Assembly: GCA_965199755.1 (NCBI GenBank)
Contig: CBDASZ010000002.1
Span: 64,001-128,000, forward strand
From: an uncultured candidatus Porisulfidus sp.
GTDB taxonomy: Bacteria > Pseudomonadota > Gammaproteobacteria > Poriferisulfidales > Poriferisulfidaceae
Length of the DNA: 64,000 nt
Reading direction: 5' to 3'
The translations under genes and the position numbers were made by a program. Below the pieces are notes generated by a model. That model was not told the origin of the DNA and did no database searches. It was given only the letters and a program-made list of their open reading frames with translations. The first letter of the stretch is position 1; every line of letters starts with the position of its first letter. Of this stretch, positions 10,592 through 22,908 are shown piece after piece.

Positions 10592-11290
10592 TTGCCCCCC
10601 ACACGCCCTGCTCCCGGCCTGATCGTCGCGCTCGATGGACTGACGGTACTGGAGGCCCGCGCCCTCGCCGGCTGTCTGCCGCACAGTGACTGCCGGCTGA
10701 AAGTCGGTGCCGAGTTGTTCGTCAAGGGCGGCCCGCAACTGGTGCAGGAGTTGCAACAAGACGGCTTTGAGATCTTTCTGGATCTGAAATTCCACGACAT
10801 TCCCAACACGGTCGCGGCCGCGGTTCGCGCCGCTCGTGAACTGGGCGTGTGGATGTGCACCGTACACGCATCAGGCGGCACCGATATGCTGGAAGCGGCC
10901 CGCGAGGCCGCCGCGGGCGGACTGCACGTCGTCGCCGTCACCGTGCTGACGTCACTGGATGCGGCCGATCTGCAACGTGTGGGACAGGACGCCTTGCCGC
11001 AACAAGTGGTGCGACTGGCGCAACTGGCGCAGCATTGCGGTGTCTCCGGCATCGTCTGCTCGCCGCAAGAAGCGGAGACGGTGCGGCAGGAATGCGGTGA
11101 GGAATTTCTGATTGTCACGCCCGGCATTCGCCTGATCGAGCAGGCCGATGACCAAAAACGTGTCACCACACCGGCGATGGCGGCGCGGGCAGGCGCTGAT
11201 CATCTGGTCATCGGACGTCCCATCGCGCAGGCGGATGACCCGGCTGCGGCGCTCGCGGCCTTTCTGCAGGCGCGAGACGCCGCCGATTGA
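10592..11290 (+). CDS. pyrF: Orotidine-5'-phosphate decarboxylase
   Basis: IVALD, FLDLKFHDIPNT, VTVLTS, TPGIR, GRPI. Confidence 0.96.
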   Translation: MPPTRPAPGLIVALDGLTVLEARALAGCLPHSDCRLKVGAELFVKGGPQLVQELQQDGFEIFLDLKFHDIPNTVAAAVRAARELGVWMCTVHASGGTDMLEAAREAAAGGLHVVAVTVLTSLDAADLQRVGQDALPQQVVRLAQLAQHCGVSGIVCSPQEAETVRQECGEEFLIVTPGIRLIEQADDQKRVTTPAMAARAGADHLVIGRPIAQADDPAAALAAFLQARDAAD

Positions 11291-11317
11291 AATAGTCCTC
11301 TATAATCTCTCCCCTAC

Positions 11318-11443
11318 AAATTCAGGTGTCTGCTTCGGCAGGTGAAACTGGGAAGTCCGGTGCGCCCGACAGGGCAAGGCCGGCGCTGCCCCCGCAACGG
11401 TATGCAAGTTTCGGCTTGCGAGCCCGGAGACCGGCCTGGATTT
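11318..11443 (+). ncRNA. Cobalamin riboswitch
   Basis: P1 AAATTCAGG/CCTGGATTT, GGGAA..CCGGTG, GCTGCCCCCGCAACGGTA, B12 box AGCCCGGAGACCGGCC; upstream of a TonB-dependent receptor. Confidence 0.92.
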
Positions 11444-11545
11444 GACGCATCAGGACTGCGGCGGGCGACCCATGATGTACTTCCACATCCATGCGCGGCA
11501 TGGCTGTAGGCGGATGCCTGCCTTAGACCGTATTCGGAGGCCGGC

Positions 11546-13369
11546 ATGTCCCCTCAAAAATCCCCCCTGCTGCTAGGCGCGCTATTGCTGGCATGGTCGG
11601 CGCATGTTCATGCGCAAAAACCGGAAGTCGTCCATGTCACCGCCTCACGCATCCCTCAGGAACTACACGCTATTGGCAGTTCTGTCACCGTCATTGATCT
11701 GGATGACTGGGGCGGTCCGCAGCAGATGCTGACCGACGTCCTGCATGGTCTTGAAGGCATCCACATCAACAGCTCCGGCGGCATTGGCCAGTTGTCTGAG
11801 TTGCGCATGCGCGGAGGTGAATCCAATCACGTGCTGGTCTTGCTCGACGGCGTGGAATTGAATGATCCTTCCAGCGGCGCGGTGAGTTTTGCGCAACTCG
11901 ACACCACCGGCATTGCACGCATTGAAATTTTGCGCGGCGCACAAAGCGCACTGTGGGGGAGCCACGCAATCTCTGGCGTCATTCATCTCAGCAGCCGGGA
12001 CGGCGGCTTCTCGCGCGCACGGGTGTCTGGTGGATCAGACGCAGAACAACAGGTCTCAGTGCAATTCGCGCATGAGGCGCGGAACCTGCGTGTCAATACC
12101 TCCCTACAGTATCACCGAAGTTCCGGCGAGGTCACCGCGCCGGGCGGACACGAGGAAGATGACTATCGCAATCGTACCGCGCAAATCGGCCTGCGCTGGG
12201 CACCAAGCGCGGCACTGGAAACCCGCGTCTCAATTCGGCACACGCAAGCGCGCACGGAATACGATGGCTTCGACTTCGCCAATCTGACCGCGGTGGATCA
12301 GGAGTATCAGTCTCACACGCGCACGGCGGTGATGAACGCGGCTGTCGATGCAGACGCCTTCGGCTTGCAGCAGCAGTGGAGTCTGGAATATCTGCAGTCG
12401 CACAGTAACTTTGAGGATAGGTTCCCGCAAACCGTCGTAACCCAACGGGTGCGCGCGCGCGGCTTGGTCTGGAAGGAGATCAGCCGCTGTCCCGGCGGCC
12501 CCTGTACGCTCGGCGCGGGCGCGGAATGGAGCCGTGAGCGCTACAGCAGAAGCGGCATCACCCCGCTGCGACTGACTTCCTCCAGTCTGTTGGGGATTCT
12601 GAAGTGGCAACCTCTGGCGCATGTGCATGCGGACGTGTCGCTGCGCCGCGACAACAATCATGACTTTCAGGACGCCCGCACCTGGCGCGCGTCCGTGGCA
12701 TGGCGTCTCCCTGAGCTCTCCACGCGCCTGTACTTGGCGAGCGGCAGCGCCAACACCAATCCGACCTTGACCGAGCGCTTCGGATATTTCCCGGACTTCT
12801 TTATCGGCAACCCTGATGTTAAGCCTGAGCGCGCGCGCACGCACGAAATTGGCGGGAGTTATGACTCCGGGCGGCTATGTTGCAGCGTGGACCTGCGCTA
12901 TTTCTACCAACGTCTGGAAGATGAAATCGGCGTTTCCAGTGATTTCACCACCGTGCAAAACCTTCAGGATGACTCCTATCGCCGCGGCGTAGAGCTGGAA
13001 TGGCGCACCGCTTCGGTCCACAACTGGACGGTGTCCGGCGGCTATACCTGGCTGCGCGCCACCGAAGAAGGAGCCAGCCGCGATCGCGCTGAGGCCCGCC
13101 GAGCACGGCACCAATATCAACTTGCGCTGGAATATCACAGCGAACTGTGGGATGCCCGACTTGATGCCAGCACCGTTCGCGGATTGAAGGATTTCGGGCG
13201 CACTCTGGACAATCACCGTCAGGTCCGCTTGAGCCTGAGTCGAACTCTGAGTCCTCAGTTGCGCGCGGAACTGCACATCACCAATGCGCTCGATGAATCG
13301 TGGCAGGAAGTGCTGGGCTATGAGGCCCCAGATCGCAATATTCGCATCGGTCTGGTCTGGCAGCCATAA
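11546..13369 (+). CDS. btuB: TonB-dependent vitamin B12 receptor (BtuB-like)
   Basis: Signal peptide, VxVTASR TonB-box region, plug RGGESNHVLVLLDG, IEILRGAQSALWG, GNPDVKPE; under a B12 riboswitch. Confidence 0.85.
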   Translation: MSPQKSPLLLGALLLAWSAHVHAQKPEVVHVTASRIPQELHAIGSSVTVIDLDDWGGPQQMLTDVLHGLEGIHINSSGGIGQLSELRMRGGESNHVLVLLDGVELNDPSSGAVSFAQLDTTGIARIEILRGAQSALWGSHAISGVIHLSSRDGGFSRARVSGGSDAEQQVSVQFAHEARNLRVNTSLQYHRSSGEVTAPGGHEEDDYRNRTAQIGLRWAPSAALETRVSIRHTQARTEYDGFDFANLTAVDQEYQSHTRTAVMNAAVDADAFGLQQQWSLEYLQSHSNFEDRFPQTVVTQRVRARGLVWKEISRCPGGPCTLGAGAEWSRERYSRSGITPLRLTSSSLLGILKWQPLAHVHADVSLRRDNNHDFQDARTWRASVAWRLPELSTRLYLASGSANTNPTLTERFGYFPDFFIGNPDVKPERARTHEIGGSYDSGRLCCSVDLRYFYQRLEDEIGVSSDFTTVQNLQDDSYRRGVELEWRTASVHNWTVSGGYTWLRATEEGASRDRAEARRARHQYQLALEYHSELWDARLDASTVRGLKDFGRTLDNHRQVRLSLSRTLSPQLRAELHITNALDESWQEVLGYEAPDRNIRIGLVWQP

Positions 13370-13673
13370 TCACAAGAGAATCGTATTCCAATCGCTCATA
13401 CAAGGGGAACCAATGCTTGTGAATCCGCTATTGACCGTCGGAGGCGTAGAGAAACTCCCATTCACCGGAAGCAGCAAAAACGCCGCAGTAATGGCACGGC
13501 TGGAAATGCAGTTGGCCTACGGCTTCGCCGCAAGCCCGCGCCTTGGTGTCGCATGGTGGTAGCGCACAGGCAGCCTTCCACTACCGTACTCTGCGCCCAA
13601 TCATTCATCAGAAACACCCTGCACCGCACCTTATGCGGTTAAAATTGGTGCTCCCACTATTGCCGAGAATTAC

Positions 13674-14273
13674 GTGTCTACTTCTCTTGCCCGTATCTTG
13701 CTGCTACTGCTGTTTGTCGCCTCCGCAGGTGTTGCAATCTGGTGGAGTTTGAGTTCGAGCACACCCGGCACCACAGCCACGCTGTTTGGAGAGCAATCCC
13801 GCCCCCTGCCAGAACTCTCACTGGTACGCCATGACGAAAAACCTCTGCGCACGGAAGACTTCGAAGGTCGCTGGAGCTTGCTGTTCTTCGGCTACTCCCA
13901 ATGCCCGGATATCTGCTCCCCCACGCTGCAGCAGTTGACGCAAGCCTTAAATCTTCTGGGACACGAATCCGGGCAACTGATATTCGTCTCCATTGATCCG
14001 CCACGTGATGGCCCCGACCTGCTGACGCAATACGTACGCCACTTCCATCCCTCCACGCTGGGCGTCACAGGTACGACGGAAGACATCAGCGCTTTTTCCA
14101 AATACTTCGGTGCCTACGCCGCGAAACGCGAAGTTGAAGGCGGCTATCTGATGGATCACAGCGCCGGCGTCTGGCTGATCGACCCACAAGCGCGCATTGC
14201 CGGAGTCTTCACCACCCCGCTCACACCAGAAGCCATTGCCGCAGACCTGCAGTATCTGATCGGGCGCTCCTGA
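13674..14273 (+). CDS. SCO1/SenC family copper chaperone
   Basis: N-terminal TM, FFGYSQCPDIC (CxxxC), SIDP, MDHS. Confidence 0.92.
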   Translation: MSTSLARILLLLLFVASAGVAIWWSLSSSTPGTTATLFGEQSRPLPELSLVRHDEKPLRTEDFEGRWSLLFFGYSQCPDICSPTLQQLTQALNLLGHESGQLIFVSIDPPRDGPDLLTQYVRHFHPSTLGVTGTTEDISAFSKYFGAYAAKREVEGGYLMDHSAGVWLIDPQARIAGVFTTPLTPEAIAADLQYLIGRS

Positions 14274-15193
14274 TGAATCTCGCTCAAATAACTCTGCCGT
14301 CATGGTTGCAGACGTTGCGTGCATGGCTGTTTCACTGCTATCCGCACCGCTGGCTGTCCGCTCTGGTATACGGATTGGCGCGCATTGAAATCCCGGTCGT
14401 AAAGAACTACCTGAATACCGGCTTCGCACGGGCGCTCGCGCTCGACATGAGCGAAGCGGAAATTGAAGATCCGAAGCAATACCCAACGCTGGACGCCCTA
14501 TTCGTGCGTGCGATGAAGCCCGAATGCCGCCCCTGGGCGGAAGACCCCGAAGTGCTGGCCTCGCCGTGCGACTGCCGCATCAGTCAGATCGGTACCATTG
14601 AAGATGGCCGCATTATTCAGGCCAAAGGACAGGGCTTCAGTGTCGATGAACTTTTGGGGGCGGAAGCGCCGGAATTCGCGCACGGCCACTACGCCACCTT
14701 GTATCTGTCACCGCGCTTTTGCCACCGCGTGTATATGCCTCTACCCGGGCGTCTGCTGGAAATGCGCCATATTCCTGGACGACAATTCAGTGTCGCGCCC
14801 TACGCGACCGAACGCATCGCGCGATTGTTCGCGCGCAATGAGCGTGTTGTCAATCTGTTCGAAGATGAGTACGGCACCCGGTTCGCGGTAGTGATGGTCG
14901 GTGCGCAGAATGTCGCGTCCATGGAGATGAGCTGGTGCGGTGTGGTCTCACCGCGACGCCATGCGATCACACGGCAAGATTATTCAGGCAACAAGGCTCC
15001 TGAAGTCAGACTAGCGCGCGGCGATGAGATCGGACGCTTTCATTTTGGCTCCACCGTTATTCTTCTGAGCACGCATGCCAACCGGGCTCCGGCACCTGGG
15101 GTCGAGATTGATTCGCTGCTGCACTATGGCCAGCCTTTGCTGTGCCCTCCCGCCGCGACTGTGGAACCGACGCTGGAATCAGATACAGACTAG
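14273..15193 (+). CDS. psd: Phosphatidylserine decarboxylase proenzyme
   Basis: SPCD, QAKG, YLSP..HR, FARNER, FGST self-cleavage motif. Confidence 0.92.
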   Translation: MNLAQITLPSWLQTLRAWLFHCYPHRWLSALVYGLARIEIPVVKNYLNTGFARALALDMSEAEIEDPKQYPTLDALFVRAMKPECRPWAEDPEVLASPCDCRISQIGTIEDGRIIQAKGQGFSVDELLGAEAPEFAHGHYATLYLSPRFCHRVYMPLPGRLLEMRHIPGRQFSVAPYATERIARLFARNERVVNLFEDEYGTRFAVVMVGAQNVASMEMSWCGVVSPRRHAITRQDYSGNKAPEVRLARGDEIGRFHFGSTVILLSTHANRAPAPGVEIDSLLHYGQPLLCPPAATVEPTLESDTD

Positions 15194-15756
15194 CGCACGC
15201 GCGAGACGTACTCGCCTTCCCGGGTATCCACCCGGATAATTTCATCTTCTTCAACAAATAACGGCACACGCACAACTGCGCCGGTTTCAAGCGTGGCTGG
15301 TTTGGTCGCCCCGGAGACTGTATCGCCACGCACTCCGGGATCCGTTTGCGCTACGCGCAACTCTACGAACTGCGGCGGATTGAGCCGCACGGGCTGCTCT
15401 TCATAAAACAGCACCGCGCACATATCCTGTGCGCGCACCCAAGAAACCGCATCTCCCATCACTTCACCAGGAATCTGATATTGCTCGTAGGTATCCGGTG
15501 CCATAAATACCGCCCCGTCGCCGTCTGCATACAAGTACTGCAGATTGATCTCCCGCACCTCGGCCGCCTCCAGAGAGTCCCCTGACTTGACGGTCTTGTC
15601 CTTGACGCGCCCACTCAGCAGATTGCGAACTTTCATGCGCGTAAACGCCTGACCCTTGCCCGGCTTGCAAAACTCGGCCTCCACCACTTCGTGTGGTGCG
15701 CCATCGAGCATGATGCGCAACCCCGGCTTGAGGTCGCTTAAACTGTAACCTGCCAT
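15190..15756 (-). CDS. efp: Elongation factor P
   Basis: KPGKGQAF, TDPGVRGDT, KPATLETG, DTREGEYVSR. Confidence 0.97.
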   Translation of the reverse strand: MAGYSLSDLKPGLRIMLDGAPHEVVEAEFCKPGKGQAFTRMKVRNLLSGRVKDKTVKSGDSLEAAEVREINLQYLYADGDGAVFMAPDTYEQYQIPGEVMGDAVSWVRAQDMCAVLFYEEQPVRLNPPQFVELRVAQTDPGVRGDTVSGATKPATLETGAVVRVPLFVEEDEIIRVDTREGEYVSRVR

Positions 15757-15868
15757 GATTTACTCTCGGGCATGGACGCGACTGACATCAGCAGCCCTGC
15801 CTCAAATCTCCTGTTTCTCTTGTGGGTTCAACGTCTGACAAGTGCTCATTTTAACGGCAGTGCCATAA

Positions 15869-17785
<1,917 letters not shown>

Positions 17786-17788
17786 TCC

Positions 17789-20083
17789 ATGTCAAAGCAA
17801 GACGAACTGTTCAATCAGAAGAAAGCACCGAAGGGTGCTGGCACAGCCTCCGGCAACGGCTGCCTGCCGCTTGCAACGTTCGTCGAGCAGGCTTATCTGA
17901 ACTATTCCATGTATGTCATTCTGGACCGGGCTTTGCCGAGTCTGGCGGATGGCATGAAACCGGTACAACGGCGCATCGTCTACGCCATGTCCGAGCTGGG
18001 CCTGAAGGCAGGCAGCAAACCGAAGAAATCTGCGCGTACCGTCGGTGACGTGCTTGGCAAATACCACCCGCACGGCGATGACGCCTGCTATCGGGCCATG
18101 GTGCTAATGGCGCAGAGTTTCAGTTATCGCTATCCGCTGATTCTGGGTCAGGGCAACTGGGGCTCGACTGACGACCCCAAGTCATTCGCGGCGATGCGTT
18201 ACACGGAAGCAAGCCTCGCCCCCTACGCGCACTGCCTGTTGCAGGAATTGGATCAGGATACGGTCGACTGGCAGCCGAATTTCGATGGCACGCTGCAGGA
18301 ACCCAAAATTCTGCCGGCGCGCTTGCCCAACGTGTTGCTAAACGGCACCACCGGCATCGCCGTCGGCATGGCCACAGACATCCCGCCGCATAACCTGCGC
18401 GAAATCACTCAAGCCTGCATTCACCTGCTGGACAAACCCAAGGCCGAACTGGAAGAGTTGCTTGAACACATCCCCGGCCCCGACTATCCGACCGGCGGTG
18501 AGATCATCTCCTCCGCCAGCGAGTTGCGCGAAATCTATCAAGGCGGCACCGGCACCATGCGCGTGCGCGCCAGTATCGTCGAAGACAACAAGAATCTGGT
18601 CGTCACCGCCCTGCCGTGGCAAGTATCAGGTGCCCGCATCATGGCACAGATCGCGCAGCAGATGCGCGAAAAGAAATTGCCCCTGATCGAAGACTTGCGC
18701 GACGAGTCCGACCACGAAACCCCCACCCGACTGGTGATTGTGCCACGCAGCAATCGCGTGGATCGTCAGGCCCTGCTTTCACACCTGTTCGCGACCACGG
18801 ATCTGGAATCCTCCCTGCGTGTCAATCTGAATGTAATCGATCTAAACCGCCGGCCCAAAGTGATGGGGCTTCGAAACATACTCGAGCAATGGCTCAGTTT
18901 CCGCAAAGACACCGTCACACGCCGCTTGAAGTGCCGACTGGAAGTCATCGACAAGCGTCTGCACCTGCTCGATGGTCTGCTGATCGCGCATGCCAATCTG
19001 GATGAGGTCATCAAGATCATTCGTGAGAAAGACAAGCCCAAACCGGTGTTGATGAAACGCTTCAGCCTGAGCGAGAAACAAACGGATGCGATTCTGGAGA
19101 TCCGCTTGCGGCAACTGGCAAAACTCGAACACCAGAAACTGCAGCAGGAATACGAGGATCTGACCGCGGAGAAAACCAAACTTGAAGGCGTCCTCGGCTC
19201 CCCGAAACGCCTGAAGGCCTTAATGAAAAAAGAACTGACCGAGGACGCCAAACTCTACGGCGATGACCGGCGCACAGAAATCATCCGCGATGCCACGCAA
19301 GCGCAGGCCATGGAACAGTCCAAACTCACGCAGGCGGAGCCGGTGACCGTCATCTTGTCGCGCAATGGCCTGGTGCGCTGCGCCAAGGGCCATGACATTG
19401 ACCCGCAATCGCTGGCTTACAAGACCGGCGACAGCCTGCAGGAAATTGCCTACAGCAAAAGCGACCGCACCGTGCATTTTCTCGACAGCCACGGTCGGGT
19501 GTACTCCATGCCGGCGGCGCAAATGCCATCCGCGCGCTCTTTGGGAGAGCCACTAGCGAAACATTTCAGCCCTCCCGCTGGCGCACAATTCATCGGCCTG
19601 ATGGCCTCACACTCAAGTAGCCACTACCTGATGGGAAATGACTTCGGCTTCGCCTTTCTGGTGCCGCAGGAGAAACTGGGTGTGAAAGTGCGCGCCGGGC
19701 GCGCCACACTGAATCTGCCGGAAGGCGCAGAGGCCATGCGCCCGCAGCCAGTCGACAATCCCGAACACGCCTTCGTTATGGCTGGCACGACCGCGGGGAA
19801 CCTGCTGCTGGTGCCGGCACTGGATCTGCCGATTTTAGGCAGCGGCAAGGGACGGACAGTGCTGAAAATCCCACCGAAAGCGCGCGAGAGTGGCGGCGAG
19901 CGACTGAACCTGCTGGTCGCCATCACCGAAGGACAGAAACTGAAAATCTATACCGAAGGGACGCACCGCACACTGAAGTTTGCGGAACTGGCGGACTTCC
20001 ACGGTACCATGGCGTCGCGCGGCACCCGCAATGCGCTTGACAAACGCTGGCATAAAATCATCCGCTACGAAGTCCTCAACTGA
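17789..20083 (+). CDS. parC: DNA topoisomerase IV subunit A
   Basis: [30 protein letters not shown] catalytic Tyr; follows parE. Confidence 0.96.
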   Translation: MSKQDELFNQKKAPKGAGTASGNGCLPLATFVEQAYLNYSMYVILDRALPSLADGMKPVQRRIVYAMSELGLKAGSKPKKSARTVGDVLGKYHPHGDDACYRAMVLMAQSFSYRYPLILGQGNWGSTDDPKSFAAMRYTEASLAPYAHCLLQELDQDTVDWQPNFDGTLQEPKILPARLPNVLLNGTTGIAVGMATDIPPHNLREITQACIHLLDKPKAELEELLEHIPGPDYPTGGEIISSASELREIYQGGTGTMRVRASIVEDNKNLVVTALPWQVSGARIMAQIAQQMREKKLPLIEDLRDESDHETPTRLVIVPRSNRVDRQALLSHLFATTDLESSLRVNLNVIDLNRRPKVMGLRNILEQWLSFRKDTVTRRLKCRLEVIDKRLHLLDGLLIAHANLDEVIKIIREKDKPKPVLMKRFSLSEKQTDAILEIRLRQLAKLEHQKLQQEYEDLTAEKTKLEGVLGSPKRLKALMKKELTEDAKLYGDDRRTEIIRDATQAQAMEQSKLTQAEPVTVILSRNGLVRCAKGHDIDPQSLAYKTGDSLQEIAYSKSDRTVHFLDSHGRVYSMPAAQMPSARSLGEPLAKHFSPPAGAQFIGLMASHSSSHYLMGNDFGFAFLVPQEKLGVKVRAGRATLNLPEGAEAMRPQPVDNPEHAFVMAGTTAGNLLLVPALDLPILGSGKGRTVLKIPPKARESGGERLNLLVAITEGQKLKIYTEGTHRTLKFAELADFHGTMASRGTRNALDKRWHKIIRYEVLN

Positions 20084-20094
20084 CCCACTGTCCT

Positions 20095-21012
20095 GTGAAC
20101 CGAATTTTTCTGTTTCTGGCCGTGAACGCGGCGATTCTGGTGCTGCTGAGCCTAGTCTTCTGGCTACTCGGAATCAATAACATTCTGGATGCCCAAGGTG
20201 TGCATCTTGATCTGTTTGCCCTGCTCGTCATGTCACTGGTGATCGGGTTCGGCGGTTCATTCATCTCGCTGTTTCTGTCGAAGTGGATGGCCAAACGCAT
20301 GTTTCGCGTGAAGATCATTGAGAAACCGGCCAACAGCACCGAGCAGTGGCTGTGCGACACCATCCACGCGCACTCCGAAGTCTGCTATATCAAGCCGCCT
20401 GAAATCGGAATCTTCGACAGTTCGCAGCCAAATGCATTCGCCACCGGCTCCTCCAAGAACAATGCGCTGGTCGCCGTCAGCACCGGCCTGCTCCAGCAAA
20501 TGAACCGTGATGAAGTGGAGGCCGTGATCGGACACGAAATGGCGCACGTCGCCAATGGCGACATGGTCACCATGGCCTTGCTGCAAGGGGTGGTCAACAC
20601 CTTCGTGGTGTTTTTATCGCGCGTGATCGGGTTTCTGGTTGATCGTCTGGTCTTCCGGGTGCAGCGCGGGTTCGGGCCGGGCTACTACATCGTGTCGATT
20701 CTCGCGCAGATCGTGCTGTCGGTGTTCGCTACCATGATCGTGATGTGGTTCTCTCGAAAGCGCGAGTTCAGCGCAGATGCCGGGAGTGCCTATCTCACCA
20801 GTCACAAGCAGATGTGTTCCGCGTTGCAACGGCTGCGCGAAGTCACGCAACCACGGGAACTGCCTGACACAATGGCGGCATTCGGCATCTCCGGGGCGCG
20901 CACCACCTCAGGGCTGAAGCGCCTGTTTCTGTCACACCCGCCGCTGGAGGAGCGTATTCGCGCGTTGCAGGAAGCAGAAAAGCGCTCCCAGGCCCAAAGC
21001 CACACGCCATGA
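20095..21012 (+). CDS. htpX: Membrane zinc protease HtpX
   Basis: PNAFATG, HEMAH, NGDMVTM, REFSAD, SHPPLEERI. Confidence 0.96.
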   Translation: MNRIFLFLAVNAAILVLLSLVFWLLGINNILDAQGVHLDLFALLVMSLVIGFGGSFISLFLSKWMAKRMFRVKIIEKPANSTEQWLCDTIHAHSEVCYIKPPEIGIFDSSQPNAFATGSSKNNALVAVSTGLLQQMNRDEVEAVIGHEMAHVANGDMVTMALLQGVVNTFVVFLSRVIGFLVDRLVFRVQRGFGPGYYIVSILAQIVLSVFATMIVMWFSRKREFSADAGSAYLTSHKQMCSALQRLREVTQPRELPDTMAAFGISGARTTSGLKRLFLSHPPLEERIRALQEAEKRSQAQSHTP

Positions 21013-21629
21013 CTCTCCCTCCATACGGACTGTACGCCATCACGCCCAACGACTGCCCGGATCTCCTTGAAACCGTATCCGCCGTCATTGCCGGCGGCGC
21101 ATGCCTGATTCAATACCGTGACACTGACGCATCCGTATCACAGCGCCAGTCACGCGCCGAAGCGCTGCTGGAGTTGTGCCGCAGCCAACACACCCCTTTA
21201 CTCATCGACAACGATCTGGACCTGGCGCTGGCGATCGGTGCGGAGGGTGTTCACCTCGGGGCTGATGATCTGCCGGTTGCCGAAGCGCGTACGCGATTCC
21301 CTGCCGGACTGATCGGAGCCTCTTGTTACAATGATTTCGAACGCGCCCGGTCGGCTGAAGCAGCCGGTGCCAGTTATGTCGCGTTCGGAAGTTTCCACGC
21401 CAGTCCCACCAAACCTGAAGCCGTGACCGCTTCTCCAGAACTGCTGACCCGCGCGCGCCGCGCGCTGTCCTCGCCCGTATGCGCCATCGGTGGCATCAAT
21501 ACGGACCGCGCCGCGCCCCTGATTGCCGCGGGTGCCGACTTTCTGGCCGTAAGCTCTGCCCTGTTCACCGCAACCGACCCTTGTGCGCAAGCACAAGCTA
21601 TTGCACAGCAATTCCCCAGCCATGAGTGA
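21009..21629 (+). CDS. thiE: Thiamine-phosphate synthase
   Basis: GLYAIT, IQYR, GVHLG, GASCY, SPTKP, AIGGI. Confidence 0.92.
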   Translation: MTLPPYGLYAITPNDCPDLLETVSAVIAGGACLIQYRDTDASVSQRQSRAEALLELCRSQHTPLLIDNDLDLALAIGAEGVHLGADDLPVAEARTRFPAGLIGASCYNDFERARSAEAAGASYVAFGSFHASPTKPEAVTASPELLTRARRALSSPVCAIGGINTDRAAPLIAAGADFLAVSSALFTATDPCAQAQAIAQQFPSHE

Positions 21630-22908
21630 TTCTTCCCCGTACAAGGCCGCGCAGCGCTATCTTCCCGGCGGCGTCAATTCACCAGTGCGCGCATTCGGCG
21701 CAGTCGGCGGTACACCCGTATTCATGCAGCGCGGTGACGGTGCCTTCCTCGCCGATACGCAAGGCAACCGCTACATTGATTATGTCGGCTCCTGGGGGCC
21801 GATGATTGTCGGCCACGCGCACCCTCAAGTGTTGGAGCGTATTGAGCAGACGCTAAAACACGGCCTGTGTTTCGGCACTCCGCACGAACTGGAAACGGAA
21901 ATGGCCGAGCGTCTGTGCGCTTTGGTGCCGTCGCTGGAAAAAGTTCGACTGGTCAATTCCGGTACCGAAGCCGCCATGACCGCTATTCGTCTCGCGCGCG
22001 GCGCGACTGGCAGAGATCGTATTCTCAAATTCGCCGGCTGCTACCACGGCCATGCCGACGCCCTGCTGGTGGAAGCCGGTTCCGGCGCACTGACGCATGG
22101 CGTGCCTTCCTCACCCGGCATCCCTGAAGGCACAGTCGAAAACACCGAACTCGCGGCCTACAACGATGTGGAAGAAGTGCGCAAAATCTTTGATGCGCGC
22201 GGTGCGGAAATCGCGGCGGTCATTGTCGAACCTATTGCCGGCAATATGGGCTGCATTCTGCCGCAAGACGGATTCCTGCAAACCTTGCGCGACTGCTGCG
22301 ATCAATATGGCAGTCTGCTGATTTTTGATGAAGTGATGACCGGCTTTCGCGTCGGTCTCGGTGGCGCGCAAGAGCGCTATGGTATCCTCCCGGATCTGAC
22401 CGTGCTCGGCAAAGTCATTGGCGGCGGGCTGCCGGTCGGCGCTTTTGGCGGTCGCGCCGAATTAATGGAGCAACTGTTGCCCGCCGGTCCTGTCTATCAG
22501 GCCGGTACCTTGTCCGGCAATCCTGTCACCATGGCCGCCGGACTCGCCACTTTGGATCTGGTCATGGCGGATGGATTCCATGCAAACTTGCAGCAACACG
22601 CCCGGCAACTGGTGAATGGCTTGCGCGATACGGCCGCTTCCTGCGAGGTCAGTTTCGAGGCGGTTGAAGCTACCGGTATGTTCGGGATCTTCTTCACGGA
22701 CAACGGACCGGTTCGCTCCTACACCGATGCGTGCACCTGTCGCATCAATGATTATCGGGTGTTTTTCCATGAGATGCTCAAGCGCGGTATTTATCTGGCA
22801 CCTTCCAGTTATGAAGCAGGTTTTCTGTCCGCGGCACATACCGAAACAGAAATCGAGCAGACGCTCGACGCCGCGCGGTCGGCCTTCGCGGTGATTCGCG
22901 ATCAGTGA
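21622..22908 (+). CDS. hemL: Glutamate-1-semialdehyde 2,1-aminomutase
   Basis: [42 protein letters not shown]. Confidence 0.97.
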   Translation: MSDSSPYKAAQRYLPGGVNSPVRAFGAVGGTPVFMQRGDGAFLADTQGNRYIDYVGSWGPMIVGHAHPQVLERIEQTLKHGLCFGTPHELETEMAERLCALVPSLEKVRLVNSGTEAAMTAIRLARGATGRDRILKFAGCYHGHADALLVEAGSGALTHGVPSSPGIPEGTVENTELAAYNDVEEVRKIFDARGAEIAAVIVEPIAGNMGCILPQDGFLQTLRDCCDQYGSLLIFDEVMTGFRVGLGGAQERYGILPDLTVLGKVIGGGLPVGAFGGRAELMEQLLPAGPVYQAGTLSGNPVTMAAGLATLDLVMADGFHANLQQHARQLVNGLRDTAASCEVSFEAVEATGMFGIFFTDNGPVRSYTDACTCRINDYRVFFHEMLKRGIYLAPSSYEAGFLSAAHTETEIEQTLDAARSAFAVIRDQ

